A stretch of DNA of 44,799 nt from Candidatus Poseidoniales archaeon (GTDB lineage Archaea; Thermoplasmatota; Poseidoniia; Poseidoniales; Poseidoniaceae). The stretch spans positions 1-44,799 of the forward strand of contig JACETE010000003.1 of NCBI GenBank assembly GCA_013911465.1. Direction: 5' to 3'. A model generated the notes under the pieces. It saw only the letters and a list, made by a program, of their open reading frames with translations. It was not told the origin of the DNA and did no database searches. Positions 18,850-27,855 of this stretch are shown piece after piece. The stretch's first letter is position 1; the number at the start of each line of letters is the position of its first letter. Made by a program: the position numbers and the translations under genes.

Positions 18850-19959
18850 TCAAGGAATCTCATCGAATTGATACCCAAGTTCCCATTTCTTCTCACCAAG
18901 AGCCACTTCAAGCTCAAACGGTGTAATGAGAGGTTTTGCATACTTTACAGCATCATCAATCGCTATTCTCGGGCAAGCCGTATTGACGAAAGCATCAACT
19001 GGATAGAAATCAATCAATTCCGGACCGACGTGCTCAAGGGCGAGAAGATATCCTTTCTTCCCATGCTTCTCAAGCAAACGCTTCATTCGAAGGGCGAGTG
19101 TTCTTCGCATCTGACCAGGTTTTTCACCGATCAAAATTCCAAACTTCTGTGCATCCATCGAGGACATAATCAAGCCGAATCGCTGGCGAAGGATTCGGTC
19201 AATTCGTTCGAACGACATTTCGATAGCATCACCAGAGTACGGATCAAGCATAGCCAGAGGCTTTCCCGTATGGAGGACAAGACCGATTGGATGAAAGTCA
19301 CCGCTTCCGAGGAAGAGGTAGTGTCCTATCGTGTCGTCATCGCCTGAATAGTTGCAACCAAGAACTTGGCCAGGGAACGTAAGACGAGCCCCGCCCATCG
19401 GTATTGTAACATCGAAACCTGCTTTTTCAAGTCGGTCATGGAACTGAGGCAAGAGGTGAAGATGTTGGATGCTTCCAACAAGGCCGAGTTTGGTATCCTT
19501 GAGTGGCGTCATCCTTCCTACTGCATCCATGAAACGCTCCTGTGCTTCCTCTTCGCTCATTTCAGGCGCAGTGGCTTGTTCGGCCATCCTATTCTTGGCG
19601 ATTTGAAGATGAGCATTGAGCATAGGGATGACCGGAGCGAGTTCTGGATCCCCGTCGTAGGTCACATCGATGAATTGTGTAGGCATCCCAGAATCGATGT
19701 TCATTTGTGAATGGCCCATGTGAGCCACAAGTTCAACTCCCATCATTTTCATCTTGTCGTGAACAAGATCGCATGCACCGTAACAAGGGTCTGCGGCGAG
19801 GACAACCTTGGCCCCTGAGCCAGATTCGATTTCATCCATCATTTCGAGGGCTTGCATCTTCAAACCTTCAGGGACTTGGAGTGCAACCAAACGATTGTCG
19901 TTCTTTTGAATCCGTTCAATTAATTCTTCCAATTGGAAATCGTGTCGGTCTAAATCCAT
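18850..19959 (-). CDS. dph2: Diphthamide biosynthesis enzyme Dph2
   Basis: LQVPEGLK, CYGACD, HMGHS, GQVLGCN, G.FHP, K.GQ, TACPRIAIDD (three Fe-S cysteines retained). Confidence 0.95.
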   Translation of the reverse strand: MDLDRHDFQLEELIERIQKNDNRLVALQVPEGLKMQALEMMDEIESGSGAKVVLAADPCYGACDLVHDKMKMMGVELVAHMGHSQMNIDSGMPTQFIDVTYDGDPELAPVIPMLNAHLQIAKNRMAEQATAPEMSEEEAQERFMDAVGRMTPLKDTKLGLVGSIQHLHLLPQFHDRLEKAGFDVTIPMGGARLTFPGQVLGCNYSGDDDTIGHYLFLGSGDFHPIGLVLHTGKPLAMLDPYSGDAIEMSFERIDRILRQRFGLIMSSMDAQKFGILIGEKPGQMRRTLALRMKRLLEKHGKKGYLLALEHVGPELIDFYPVDAFVNTACPRIAIDDAVKYAKPLITPFELEVALGEKKWELGYQFDEIP

Positions 19960-20541
19960 TCAAATCACCTCGCCGAGAAGAACAACCTTCCCTCCATCCA
20001 TATCAAGGCGAACAATGGATGAAATTTGAATGTGAGGATATTTTTCTTGCAATTGTTGGAGTCCAGGGCCTTTCTCGACAACAACGATGACGGATTCGAT
20101 GATTGCTCCTAGTGATTCAACACCTTTGATGATAGCATCGAGAGTTCCACCTGTAGAGAGAACATCATCGACGATGAGGATTCGTTCGCCTTCTTGGATG
20201 TCATTCAGATACATCGAACCCTTCGAATATCCAGTCGACTGATCAATAGCAAGTTCTCCTTCAAGACCATAGGATCGTTTTCGAACAACCACCTGAGGTC
20301 GATTGTTCCGCATCGACAAGGGACTTGTAAGTGGAAGTCCCATTGCTTCAATTCCCAGAATGAGATCGACTGAATCCCAATCTATTGCGGCCTCAATTAA
20401 CTCAACGACTGCAGTTAGGACAGAAGGGTCCAGTCTCGGAACACCATCGGTTAATGGATGGATGAAATAGGGGTAATCGCCCTTCCAAATAATCGGCGCA
20501 GCGAGGAGTGACTCCTTTAGACGCTGCAATGAATCGGACAT
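19960..20541 (-). CDS. hpt: Archaeal hypoxanthine/guanine (purine) phosphoribosyltransferase
   Basis: Y.YFIHPLTDGVP, EAMGLP, RKRSYGL.GE, TGYSKG, PRPP loop IVDDVLSTGGT. Confidence 0.88.
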   Translation of the reverse strand: MSDSLQRLKESLLAAPIIWKGDYPYFIHPLTDGVPRLDPSVLTAVVELIEAAIDWDSVDLILGIEAMGLPLTSPLSMRNNRPQVVVRKRSYGLEGELAIDQSTGYSKGSMYLNDIQEGERILIVDDVLSTGGTLDAIIKGVESLGAIIESVIVVVEKGPGLQQLQEKYPHIQISSIVRLDMDGGKVVLLGEVI

Positions 20542-20554
20542 AATTCCACTTCAT

Positions 20555-20959
20555 TCAGAGTTCGGAGAGATACTCAACGTATTCATCGGGTTCGAGGAGA
20601 TTCTCCATGTCGAACTGGAACGGTTGAAGGACCAAAATCCAACCAAGGTCATAGGCGGACTCATTGACCAAATCCGGGTTGATTTCTACTTCTCCATTGA
20701 CCTCTGTGATTGTTCCTGAAAAGGGAGCTGTAAAGGCAATTTTTTCGTCAGCAGTCCATAATGAGAACATGTCTTGACCTTCATCAACGACAGTTTCTGC
20801 TTGAGGTAGAATGACTCGGAGAACCTCTCCGATTTCTACGCCCATGAACTCACTGATGCCGACCATGATCTTCTCGTCGTCTTTCTCTTGGTACCATAGA
20901 TGGTCAATCGAGTACTTTCGGTTGTGTGCGATGTTAAATTCCACGACTTCTTCATCCAA
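20555..20959 (-). CDS. Glycine cleavage H-protein-like (GcvH fold), lipoyl lysine apparently absent
   Basis: Y...HLW, VGIS.F....G.V....LP, APFSG.I.EVN, P.LVN.S.Y..GW, LL...EY. Canonical ESVK is replaced by WTAD. TTG start. Confidence 0.8.
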   Translation of the reverse strand: MDEEVVEFNIAHNRKYSIDHLWYQEKDDEKIMVGISEFMGVEIGEVLRVILPQAETVVDEGQDMFSLWTADEKIAFTAPFSGTITEVNGEVEINPDLVNESAYDLGWILVLQPFQFDMENLLEPDEYVEYLSEL

Positions 20960-21041
20960 GTCATATCACCTATACGCGCCTCAAACATCTCCTATTTGAA
21001 CCATCGCTATTATTGCAGTGATACGGCCATAGCACATTCAT

Positions 21042-21060
21042 TAAGTGAAGACCTCACTTA
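21042..21060. promoter_or_regulatory. Palindromic operator-like site upstream of acyl-CoA dehydrogenase
   Basis: TAAGTGA-AGACC-TCACTTA perfect 7-bp IR ending 18 nt before ATG 21079. Confidence 0.5.
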
Positions 21061-21078
21061 GCGTGTACTGGTGAGGAT

Positions 21079-22248
21079 ATGGACTTCAAAGCAACCGATG
21101 AACAAGACATGATTCGAGAGATGGTTCGTGATTTCGCAGAAACAGTTCTCGCACCTACGGTAGAGCATCGGGATCAAACACAAACTCCTCCCTCAGAGGA
21201 ATGGCAACAGTTCCTGGAACTCGGACTGCAAGGCGTTACCGTCCCTGAAGCCTACGGCGGAATGCCCGTCGACGACATCTCTGAGTCAATCATTGTCGAA
21301 GAACTTGCTCGAGTCGATCCATCCTTCTCTGTGATGTATTGTGTTCATGTTGGATTGTGTGCAAAAACCATTTCGCTTCATGGTGACGATTACCAGAGAG
21401 AAACCTACCTTCCTCGCCTTGCAAACGGCGAAGTAGGCGCATACTCACTTTCTGAAGCCGGGGCAGGAACTGATGCTGCTGCCATGTCATGCAAAGCGAA
21501 GTTGTCCGATGACGGAACCCATTACATCCTCAACGGAGAAAAGATGTGGGTCACGAACGGTGCTCAAGCCAAGATCATTGTGCTCTTCGCCAAAGATGTC
21601 GATCACCCTGATTATGGTGTCAAAAGGCACGGCGGCACAACAGCTTTCATTGTCGACTCATCGTTCGAAGGGTTCTCAGTTGGTAAAAAAGAGGACAAAC
21701 TTGGTATTCGATCTTCGGACACGTGCACTCTCGTTTTGGAGGACTGCAAGGTTCCCGTTGAAAACATCATCAAAGGCGCTGGAAATGGATTCCCAATTGC
21801 AATGAATGCACTCGACAACTCACGAATTGGAATAGCTGCGCAAGCCCTTGGCATTGCTCAAGGAGCGTACGAAGCATCTCTCAAGTACGCACATGAACGG
21901 GAAGCATTTGGAAAACCAATTGCACATCATCAGATGATCATGGGGTATCTTGCTGACATGGCAACACGTATTGATGCTGCCCGCCTCTTGGTGTACAAGG
22001 CATCATGGGCAAAGCAACAACATTACGAACACGGAGGTCCACGCCATACGAAAGAAGCGAGTATGGCAAAACTCTACGCTGGAGATACCGCAATGTGGGT
22101 TTCAGAACGTGCAATTCAGGTCCATGGCGGCTATGGATACACCAAAGAATTCCCAGTGGAGCGATTTTTCAGAGATGCGAAGATCACGCAAATTTACGAA
22201 GGAACTCAAGAAGTCCAGCGCATTGTCGTTGCACGTAGCCTTCTATAG
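21079..22248 (+). CDS. Acyl-CoA dehydrogenase (short/branched-chain type)
   Basis: YSLSEAGAGTDA, LNGEKMWVTNG, KLGIRSSDT, RIGIAAQALG, QVHGGYGY, IYEGTQEVQR. Confidence 0.93.
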   Translation: MDFKATDEQDMIREMVRDFAETVLAPTVEHRDQTQTPPSEEWQQFLELGLQGVTVPEAYGGMPVDDISESIIVEELARVDPSFSVMYCVHVGLCAKTISLHGDDYQRETYLPRLANGEVGAYSLSEAGAGTDAAAMSCKAKLSDDGTHYILNGEKMWVTNGAQAKIIVLFAKDVDHPDYGVKRHGGTTAFIVDSSFEGFSVGKKEDKLGIRSSDTCTLVLEDCKVPVENIIKGAGNGFPIAMNALDNSRIGIAAQALGIAQGAYEASLKYAHEREAFGKPIAHHQMIMGYLADMATRIDAARLLVYKASWAKQQHYEHGGPRHTKEASMAKLYAGDTAMWVSERAIQVHGGYGYTKEFPVERFFRDAKITQIYEGTQEVQRIVVARSLL

Positions 22249-23160
22249 GTACTGAAACTCTGTCGCGTCCAGAACTGCTCGTTGTCGGCCGAGGTTCCAA
22301 TCGCAGATTGTTGCCTCAGCTTCGATGTTGTGATTCGTCTGGAATGCCATGACTTGTTCTGTTGCATCAATTGGAAGCCTTAGTTCAACTTCGAAATTCA
22401 TGTCGTCGACCAGAGTACCGATGATCGTCATACCGTTTTTCATCGTTCCTTGTCCGACGAGTGTCTTTTCCACCGTCATGATCTGGATTTTGCATGGTTG
22501 AGTTGGCGATTGTTCAATCACATTTCGTCGTTCACTGTTCAGTTTCAGTGAACCAAGAAGTTCGATAAATCGACCGTGAGTTAGAGGTGCGCCATCATCG
22601 TCAAAGACGATGGGCTTTGGTTTTGCTTTTTCAGCCTCCTCTTGTTTTGCTTGTTCTTCGGCTAGGCGTTCAGCAGCCTCTCTTGCAAGTTCTTCTTCCA
22701 ACAAGCGTTGTTTTTCAGCCTCTTGTTGGCGAATAATTTCCTCAGCCTGTCTTCTGGCCTCTTCTTCAATTTCCTTATCCAGTTCTTCAAATTCATCAGC
22801 CTCAGGTTCAGGAGTCTCCTCAATTCCGCTTGGTAAACCAATTGCTTCGAAGTAGGTATGCAAATCTGCGACGGTGACGTTACCGTCCTTGTCCATGTCC
22901 AGAACAGACATGAGGCCGTTGATGACCCATCCAGGTGGCTGAGTTCCAGTTGTCTCTTGGAGAGCGTTGGAAAGTTCTTCTGATTGTATGACTGCATCCA
23001 TATTCGAATCAATCATTTTGATGATCTCGGCGCCGGTAAGCCCTGAACCAAGAAGCCAACTTGTGAATTGAGTGTTCAATTGCCCGATCATTGGGTTGGT
23101 AGCTACCATTTCGTTGATGTGCTGTTCCATTCTTGCTTTGAGCGCTTCTTTGACAGACAT
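22243..23160 (-). CDS. EF-hand pair protein with acidic coiled-coil linker and C-terminal beta domain
   Basis: Loops DSNMDAVIQSEE (aa 51-62) and DMDKDGNVTVAD (aa 88-99), then an E/A/R/K-rich helix. Confidence 0.65.
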   Translation of the reverse strand: MSVKEALKARMEQHINEMVATNPMIGQLNTQFTSWLLGSGLTGAEIIKMIDSNMDAVIQSEELSNALQETTGTQPPGWVINGLMSVLDMDKDGNVTVADLHTYFEAIGLPSGIEETPEPEADEFEELDKEIEEEARRQAEEIIRQQEAEKQRLLEEELAREAAERLAEEQAKQEEAEKAKPKPIVFDDDGAPLTHGRFIELLGSLKLNSERRNVIEQSPTQPCKIQIMTVEKTLVGQGTMKNGMTIIGTLVDDMNFEVELRLPIDATEQVMAFQTNHNIEAEATICDWNLGRQRAVLDATEFQYL

Positions 23161-23203
23161 TCATTCACGTCCTACCTTGGTTGGGTATGTTGGGACTACT
23201 CTG

Positions 23204-24529
23204 TTAGGGGAATTGAAGTTTTGGCCAACGCGTGGTATCCTCCGATTGCCACGCCAATGTACAAAGAAGCGTGTCCATCTCTTCTAACGTTGATAAATTC
23301 CTTGCGATTTGCTCGTAAAAAAGCCATGCCTTCAAAGCACCAAGTTTGGGTCCCTGTGGTACGTTTGTTCTCTGCATGATGAACTCTCCATTCGCCAGAG
23401 GCTCTGCGTCAAAATTGATTCGAAGTTCATTAAGTCGAGCAATACGTTGGTCCACATCTTGTTCAGAATATGAGCGAGATTGATCGGAACGTTGAGTGAA
23501 GAGTTTCTCAATTTTGAGGTGTTGATAGCACCACGGGCCAAGTGCGACTGCATAAATCCGAAGAGCAGAATCCATGTCTGCAGGAAGGTTGCCCATTTTT
23601 GAATGCCGAAACAGGAGTTTTTTCTTTTCATTTCCACTCAAACGAAGTAAAGATGACACTGATTCACAATCTTTCGTTTCGAAATCGTTGAACAAAACAA
23701 CCAACCTATCGATGACATCGTCTCCCTCCAAGTCATTGAGAAGTTGAATCCGTGAATCTGATTGCAACCAATCTCTTGCAAAGAGTTGCTTCAAAATACC
23801 ATCATCTGCCATGCGCTGTACGATTTCGGAGGCATGTTTGCCAAGGAGGATGCGTTTGAATTCCGCCCAGATTCGTTCAGGTGCAATTCGATGAAGCATT
23901 GATTTTGTAGTCCGTAGAGCCTCTGCAAGTCGTTGTTCAGGCCACCATATGCCCGCATTCCCTTGGTCCATGAACCGATACGAGCGCATGATTCGCAACG
24001 CATCTTCAGACAATCGCTTGGTTGCATCCCCTACTGACCTGATTCGTTGCTGTTGCAAATCTCCGTACCCATCGAACGGGTCGTAGTAGCTTTGCTTTGA
24101 AACATCGACAGCAATGGAGTTCATCGTTAGGTCGCGGCGTGAGAGATCGACGAGCAGGGAATCGCCCCATTGAACTTCATCTGGCCTTCTGCCATCGTTG
24201 TAGCCATGCTCGGTTCGGAGTGTTGTAATTTCAAAACAATCTCCTTTGTTTCGAAAGGTGATTGTACCATAACGTTCCCCTGTGGGAATCGTATCGGGAT
24301 ATTCCTTCATCTCATCAGGAGTCATTGTGGATGCAAGGTCGTATTCGTTAATCTCCGTCCCAAGTATGGCATTTCTGTTTGCTCCGCCAACAATCCAAAC
24401 ATGCGCATTTTTGGAATCGAACCAATCGAGAATCTCGATAAGGCTTGATGGAAGGGCGTGAACCATCTTCACAAGTGCTGGAAGAAGCGGTAATTCCGTC
24501 ATTCCGCGAGTTGGGTGCATGCTCGACAT
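23204..24529 (-). CDS. Class II (bacterial-type) CCA-adding/poly(A) polymerase family nucleotidyltransferase
   Basis: IVGGANR..., YGT, FEITTLR.E...DGRRP, DLSRRDLTMNS, DPFDG..D, EDALRIMR..RF, ERIW.EF. Start uncertain (24529/24520/24502). Confidence 0.85.
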   Translation of the reverse strand: MSSMHPTRGMTELPLLPALVKMVHALPSSLIEILDWFDSKNAHVWIVGGANRNAILGTEINEYDLASTMTPDEMKEYPDTIPTGERYGTITFRNKGDCFEITTLRTEHGYNDGRRPDEVQWGDSLLVDLSRRDLTMNSIAVDVSKQSYYDPFDGYGDLQQQRIRSVGDATKRLSEDALRIMRSYRFMDQGNAGIWWPEQRLAEALRTTKSMLHRIAPERIWAEFKRILLGKHASEIVQRMADDGILKQLFARDWLQSDSRIQLLNDLEGDDVIDRLVVLFNDFETKDCESVSSLLRLSGNEKKKLLFRHSKMGNLPADMDSALRIYAVALGPWCYQHLKIEKLFTQRSDQSRSYSEQDVDQRIARLNELRINFDAEPLANGEFIMQRTNVPQGPKLGALKAWLFYEQIARNLSTLEEMDTLLCTLAWQSEDTTRWPKLQFP

Positions 24530-24588
24530 TCATTCTCCCGTGTTCATGTAAGACAAAGCATTATCCCGTCAATTCCATTGGAAGAGCC

Positions 24589-25035
24589 ATGTCTTGGGAC
24601 GAAAGCGATGTACGGTTGGTTCCTGTTGAGTGGCTCAAAGCACATGAAGAAATCAAACAGAAGAACATGGAGAAATTGCTCCAAATGACGCTCAAGTGGG
24701 ATGGCTTTACCAAACCATTGATCGCAGACAAAGCAACTGGAACCATTCTCGACGGGCATCATCGATATGCAGTGGCCAAACGCCTAGAACTTGCCCGAAT
24801 TCCTGTCGTATGCATTGATTACCTCCATGATGAATCAGTAGAGTTGGAACTTTGGCCGGCTTCTCAATTGGACTCTATTTCAAAACAGGAAGTCATTGAT
24901 ATGGCTCTTTCATCAAAATTGTATCCGCCAAAGACGACACGACATCGAATCTCGGACCACTTGCCGCCGATTCATGTTTCATTGCATCGGCTTTCGTTGC
25001 TTACTCCGAGTCAGCCTGGCGAGACCGAATCGTAG
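24589..25035 (+). CDS. ParB/Srx-fold protein, SerK/SbnI-like (short form)
   Basis: LKAHEE, KPLI, ILDGHHRY, DY, W.P, SKQEV, YPPKTTRH. Start refined to ATG 24589 to avoid overlap with the divergent gene. Confidence 0.75.
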   Translation: MSWDESDVRLVPVEWLKAHEEIKQKNMEKLLQMTLKWDGFTKPLIADKATGTILDGHHRYAVAKRLELARIPVVCIDYLHDESVELELWPASQLDSISKQEVIDMALSSKLYPPKTTRHRISDHLPPIHVSLHRLSLLTPSQPGETES

Positions 25036-26842
25036 ATTTCCACAAACGATTCCCATCACTCGTTGTTACTGTAGGGTAATTCGGTTCAAGAGAGACATCG
25101 AGGACGACGTTCTGTAGGACGGAATTTCGAGCATAAATGACACGAACTGAGGTTTCGACCTTACCTTTGAGGCTGGTTTTCAATTGTTCAGCATTGACAA
25201 CACGTATCCCGTCGATTGCAATGATTTCATCACCAACTTGTAATTGTTCACGGGCAGGAGAATGTTGCATGTGGCTTGTAACCTTCAATTTGTTTCCTTG
25301 GGTTCGGACATGAACACCGAGCCAACCTTGAGCAAAATCCTTCCATACGACGCGTTCTGTGCCTTCTTTTCGCTCCGGTTCATCGGATGGTTTGTAATTT
25401 AATGCAAAAGTCGAAAAAGCCTTGTTGAGGTCAAGATTTCCAGCTTCTTTTGTTATACGATCAAGGAAAGTGCCGAGACGTCGCCCTCCCTTCAAGGAAG
25501 TGAGAGCTTTTCGAATGTCGTTGTACTGGACCCCTCGCATCGTCTTGTCCTCGACGTGAATATTGTGCCGTTCGTACAATGCAAGCATCAGATCACAAAC
25601 CCCAGTTTCTCCCTTGGACCTCTTTCGTAATTCGGCATCCAATGCAAACATTGTGAGTTCACCTTCAAGGTAGTATGAAATCTGAGTTTCCCTTGAGTGG
25701 GAATGGCTTCTATAGAGGTGTATCCATGCCTCATGACTCGCTTCACACAGTGCTTGACAGGTTGAACCACTTCGGGTGTGGTGTCGCTTCAGTTTTCGCT
25801 TCATGTCTGCGAAGTAGTCCTCGGAACTCCAAGCACCAGAACGTAGACACATGATGTCACCAATCCATGATGTGGCACCTTCAAACCACCAAAGGAGGTC
25901 AGTATTGACTTCGCGCTGAAGATCATAATCGAGAAATCGCTTCGGTCGCAACCGCTTAACATTCCACTGGTGAACGTATTCGTGGCTAAATAAACTCACA
26001 AGGTCACGGTAATCTTCGACATTGCCTGGTTGGAGTGAAGTCCTTGGAACCATGGATGTTTGAGAATTGGTATGTTCAAGTCCCCCTCTGCCGCCATCTG
26101 TAAGGTGAAGGATTGTGTGGTATGACTCGTTAAGAGGTCCAAACAAGGCGTGATGCTCTGCGATGATGTTTTTCATGTCCTGAATGAAACGTCGCAACAT
26201 GATCTCGTTTGGTGCATGGCCTCCTGCATCCCAGTAGTGCAGTGCATGTTGGCGATTGCCAACCTTGAATCGATGAATCTCATTGGAATTGCATTCAGCT
26301 ATGCCATCAAGTAAAGCATCTCGATGCTCTGCAGAAAAGACATGGACTTGATGCCCATCCTTTTTGTCCGTCGATTCAAGGTTCAATTGAGTTGAAACGT
26401 TCCATGTCGACGGTAACGTAAATTCAATTCGGTGTCTTTGGTCCATGCGATGAGAATCGATTCCAGACGTTGGAAGGAACCATGTGAACGGGGGCATAAG
26501 ATGCAAGTGGGTCTCATCGAAATGATTGGAGCGGACGGTATTATCAACACAAAGTAGATTGTAGGAGATACGGACACTTTCAACAGATTGGATATCTCTG
26601 ATAACGATTGAATCAACATCTTTTCGAGTTACCTTCAGGCGGTTACCATTCTCATCTTGAGCCTCCAAATGGGAGACGTGTTGGATTGGTTCTCGTAGGA
26701 AGTACGATCCCGGAACCCATCGAGGAAAAGAAAGTTTGAGTGAAGGTGATGTAAAGGGGGCGCGAACTTCGATCTGAACGGCTAGGCGTTGGTCACCAGC
26801 ATCGGTTGCGTTGATTCGAAACACGACATTTGAATCTGTCAT
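25001..26842 (-). CDS. M61 family (glycyl) aminopeptidase with C-terminal PDZ domain
   Basis: P.WVPGSY, GGLEH.NS, SHEYVHQWNVKRLRP, LLWWFEG.T, ISYY..G, PDZ SPA...L..GDEIIAIDG. Confidence 0.92.
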   Translation of the reverse strand: MTDSNVVFRINATDAGDQRLAVQIEVRAPFTSPSLKLSFPRWVPGSYFLREPIQHVSHLEAQDENGNRLKVTRKDVDSIVIRDIQSVESVRISYNLLCVDNTVRSNHFDETHLHLMPPFTWFLPTSGIDSHRMDQRHRIEFTLPSTWNVSTQLNLESTDKKDGHQVHVFSAEHRDALLDGIAECNSNEIHRFKVGNRQHALHYWDAGGHAPNEIMLRRFIQDMKNIIAEHHALFGPLNESYHTILHLTDGGRGGLEHTNSQTSMVPRTSLQPGNVEDYRDLVSLFSHEYVHQWNVKRLRPKRFLDYDLQREVNTDLLWWFEGATSWIGDIMCLRSGAWSSEDYFADMKRKLKRHHTRSGSTCQALCEASHEAWIHLYRSHSHSRETQISYYLEGELTMFALDAELRKRSKGETGVCDLMLALYERHNIHVEDKTMRGVQYNDIRKALTSLKGGRRLGTFLDRITKEAGNLDLNKAFSTFALNYKPSDEPERKEGTERVVWKDFAQGWLGVHVRTQGNKLKVTSHMQHSPAREQLQVGDEIIAIDGIRVVNAEQLKTSLKGKVETSVRVIYARNSVLQNVVLDVSLEPNYPTVTTSDGNRLWKSTIRSRQADSE

Positions 26843-26856
26843 GAATAAGGGTTAGT

Positions 26857-27846
26857 CTATGCAGTGTATAGGTTCTGTGCTGCACTCAAGATGAGTTCGT
26901 CTGTTGATTCTGAGAGTAATTTCTCTGCGAGTTCTTGGATTACATCCTCGCCTTGTCGGTGCAGCAACCGTTCAAGAAGCCTCGATTTATCGATGCTATC
27001 AACTCGTTCATCGAACAAGAGTTCGTGTCGCAATTCATCGGATTTCACATCATTTCTGCCTACGAGCCATCGAGCGACAATGGATGTACAGTTTCCATCA
27101 ATGAGAGTTCGTAAACGAGGATCATCTGCTTCCTTTACGACCTGTTTGAGCGACTCGACAAGGAAACGTCGTTGGTTGTTGCCTTTCGCATTCATCAACT
27201 CTGCTAAATTTGGACGTGCCTGTTCTAAAGCGATAGGAACAGCGAACTTCCACAGAGCATCGTCGTTTTCGATCGAATGCTGCAATGTTTTGTTCTGTTC
27301 AGTTTTCAATTCAAGAAGGAGCAAGGTCGAGGCTGCTTGACGTCGAACTTCAGGGTGCTGATCTTCCAAATTGTTGAGCAATTCAACCGGATCATCATTG
27401 ACAGCAGTTGCATAGGTTCGTACAACGTGGTCTTTTGATGACTGAAATACGGTTAACTCAACTTCCGTGTATTCCTTTGATGAAATCAGTTGATGAACTG
27501 CCCTGCGAATCACAACATCGTCCTCGCTCTTGAGTAGCAGGCGAGATAGTTTTGCTGCGAATTTGGAATCGTGTATTGTTTCGAGAACTGTTGCAACACA
27601 ACGTTGGCCATCGAGTTGGCCTTGTTCTGCAAGGCTTTCCAGCAAGTGGGGGGCATTCTGAGGTGCCCAGCGACGATAAGCCTCAATGGCTTTGTTTCGG
27701 AACCATACATCGTCATCTTCAAGAAAAATAGAGAAGGCTTCAACACTTTCATACGCATCGGAATCGAAAAGAATACGCACTGCTCGACGTCGCTGTCGAA
27801 CATCTTTATGCTTCAGTTTTGCAATGGCAGATTGTATTCCAGCCAT
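26857..27846 (-). CDS. HEAT-repeat protein
   Basis: L..DD.WFR..A, L.SED.VV...A, LEDQHPEVRRQAA repeats. Confidence 0.7.
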   Translation of the reverse strand: MAGIQSAIAKLKHKDVRQRRRAVRILFDSDAYESVEAFSIFLEDDDVWFRNKAIEAYRRWAPQNAPHLLESLAEQGQLDGQRCVATVLETIHDSKFAAKLSRLLLKSEDDVVIRRAVHQLISSKEYTEVELTVFQSSKDHVVRTYATAVNDDPVELLNNLEDQHPEVRRQAASTLLLLELKTEQNKTLQHSIENDDALWKFAVPIALEQARPNLAELMNAKGNNQRRFLVESLKQVVKEADDPRLRTLIDGNCTSIVARWLVGRNDVKSDELRHELLFDERVDSIDKSRLLERLLHRQGEDVIQELAEKLLSESTDELILSAAQNLYTA

Positions 27847-27855
27847 GGTTTCACC

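Noticed and set aside
24589-25035. ParB partition protein for the repeat array
   Set aside because: No HTH or dimerisation domain and no parA. Motifs fit the SerK/SbnI-like enzymes better.
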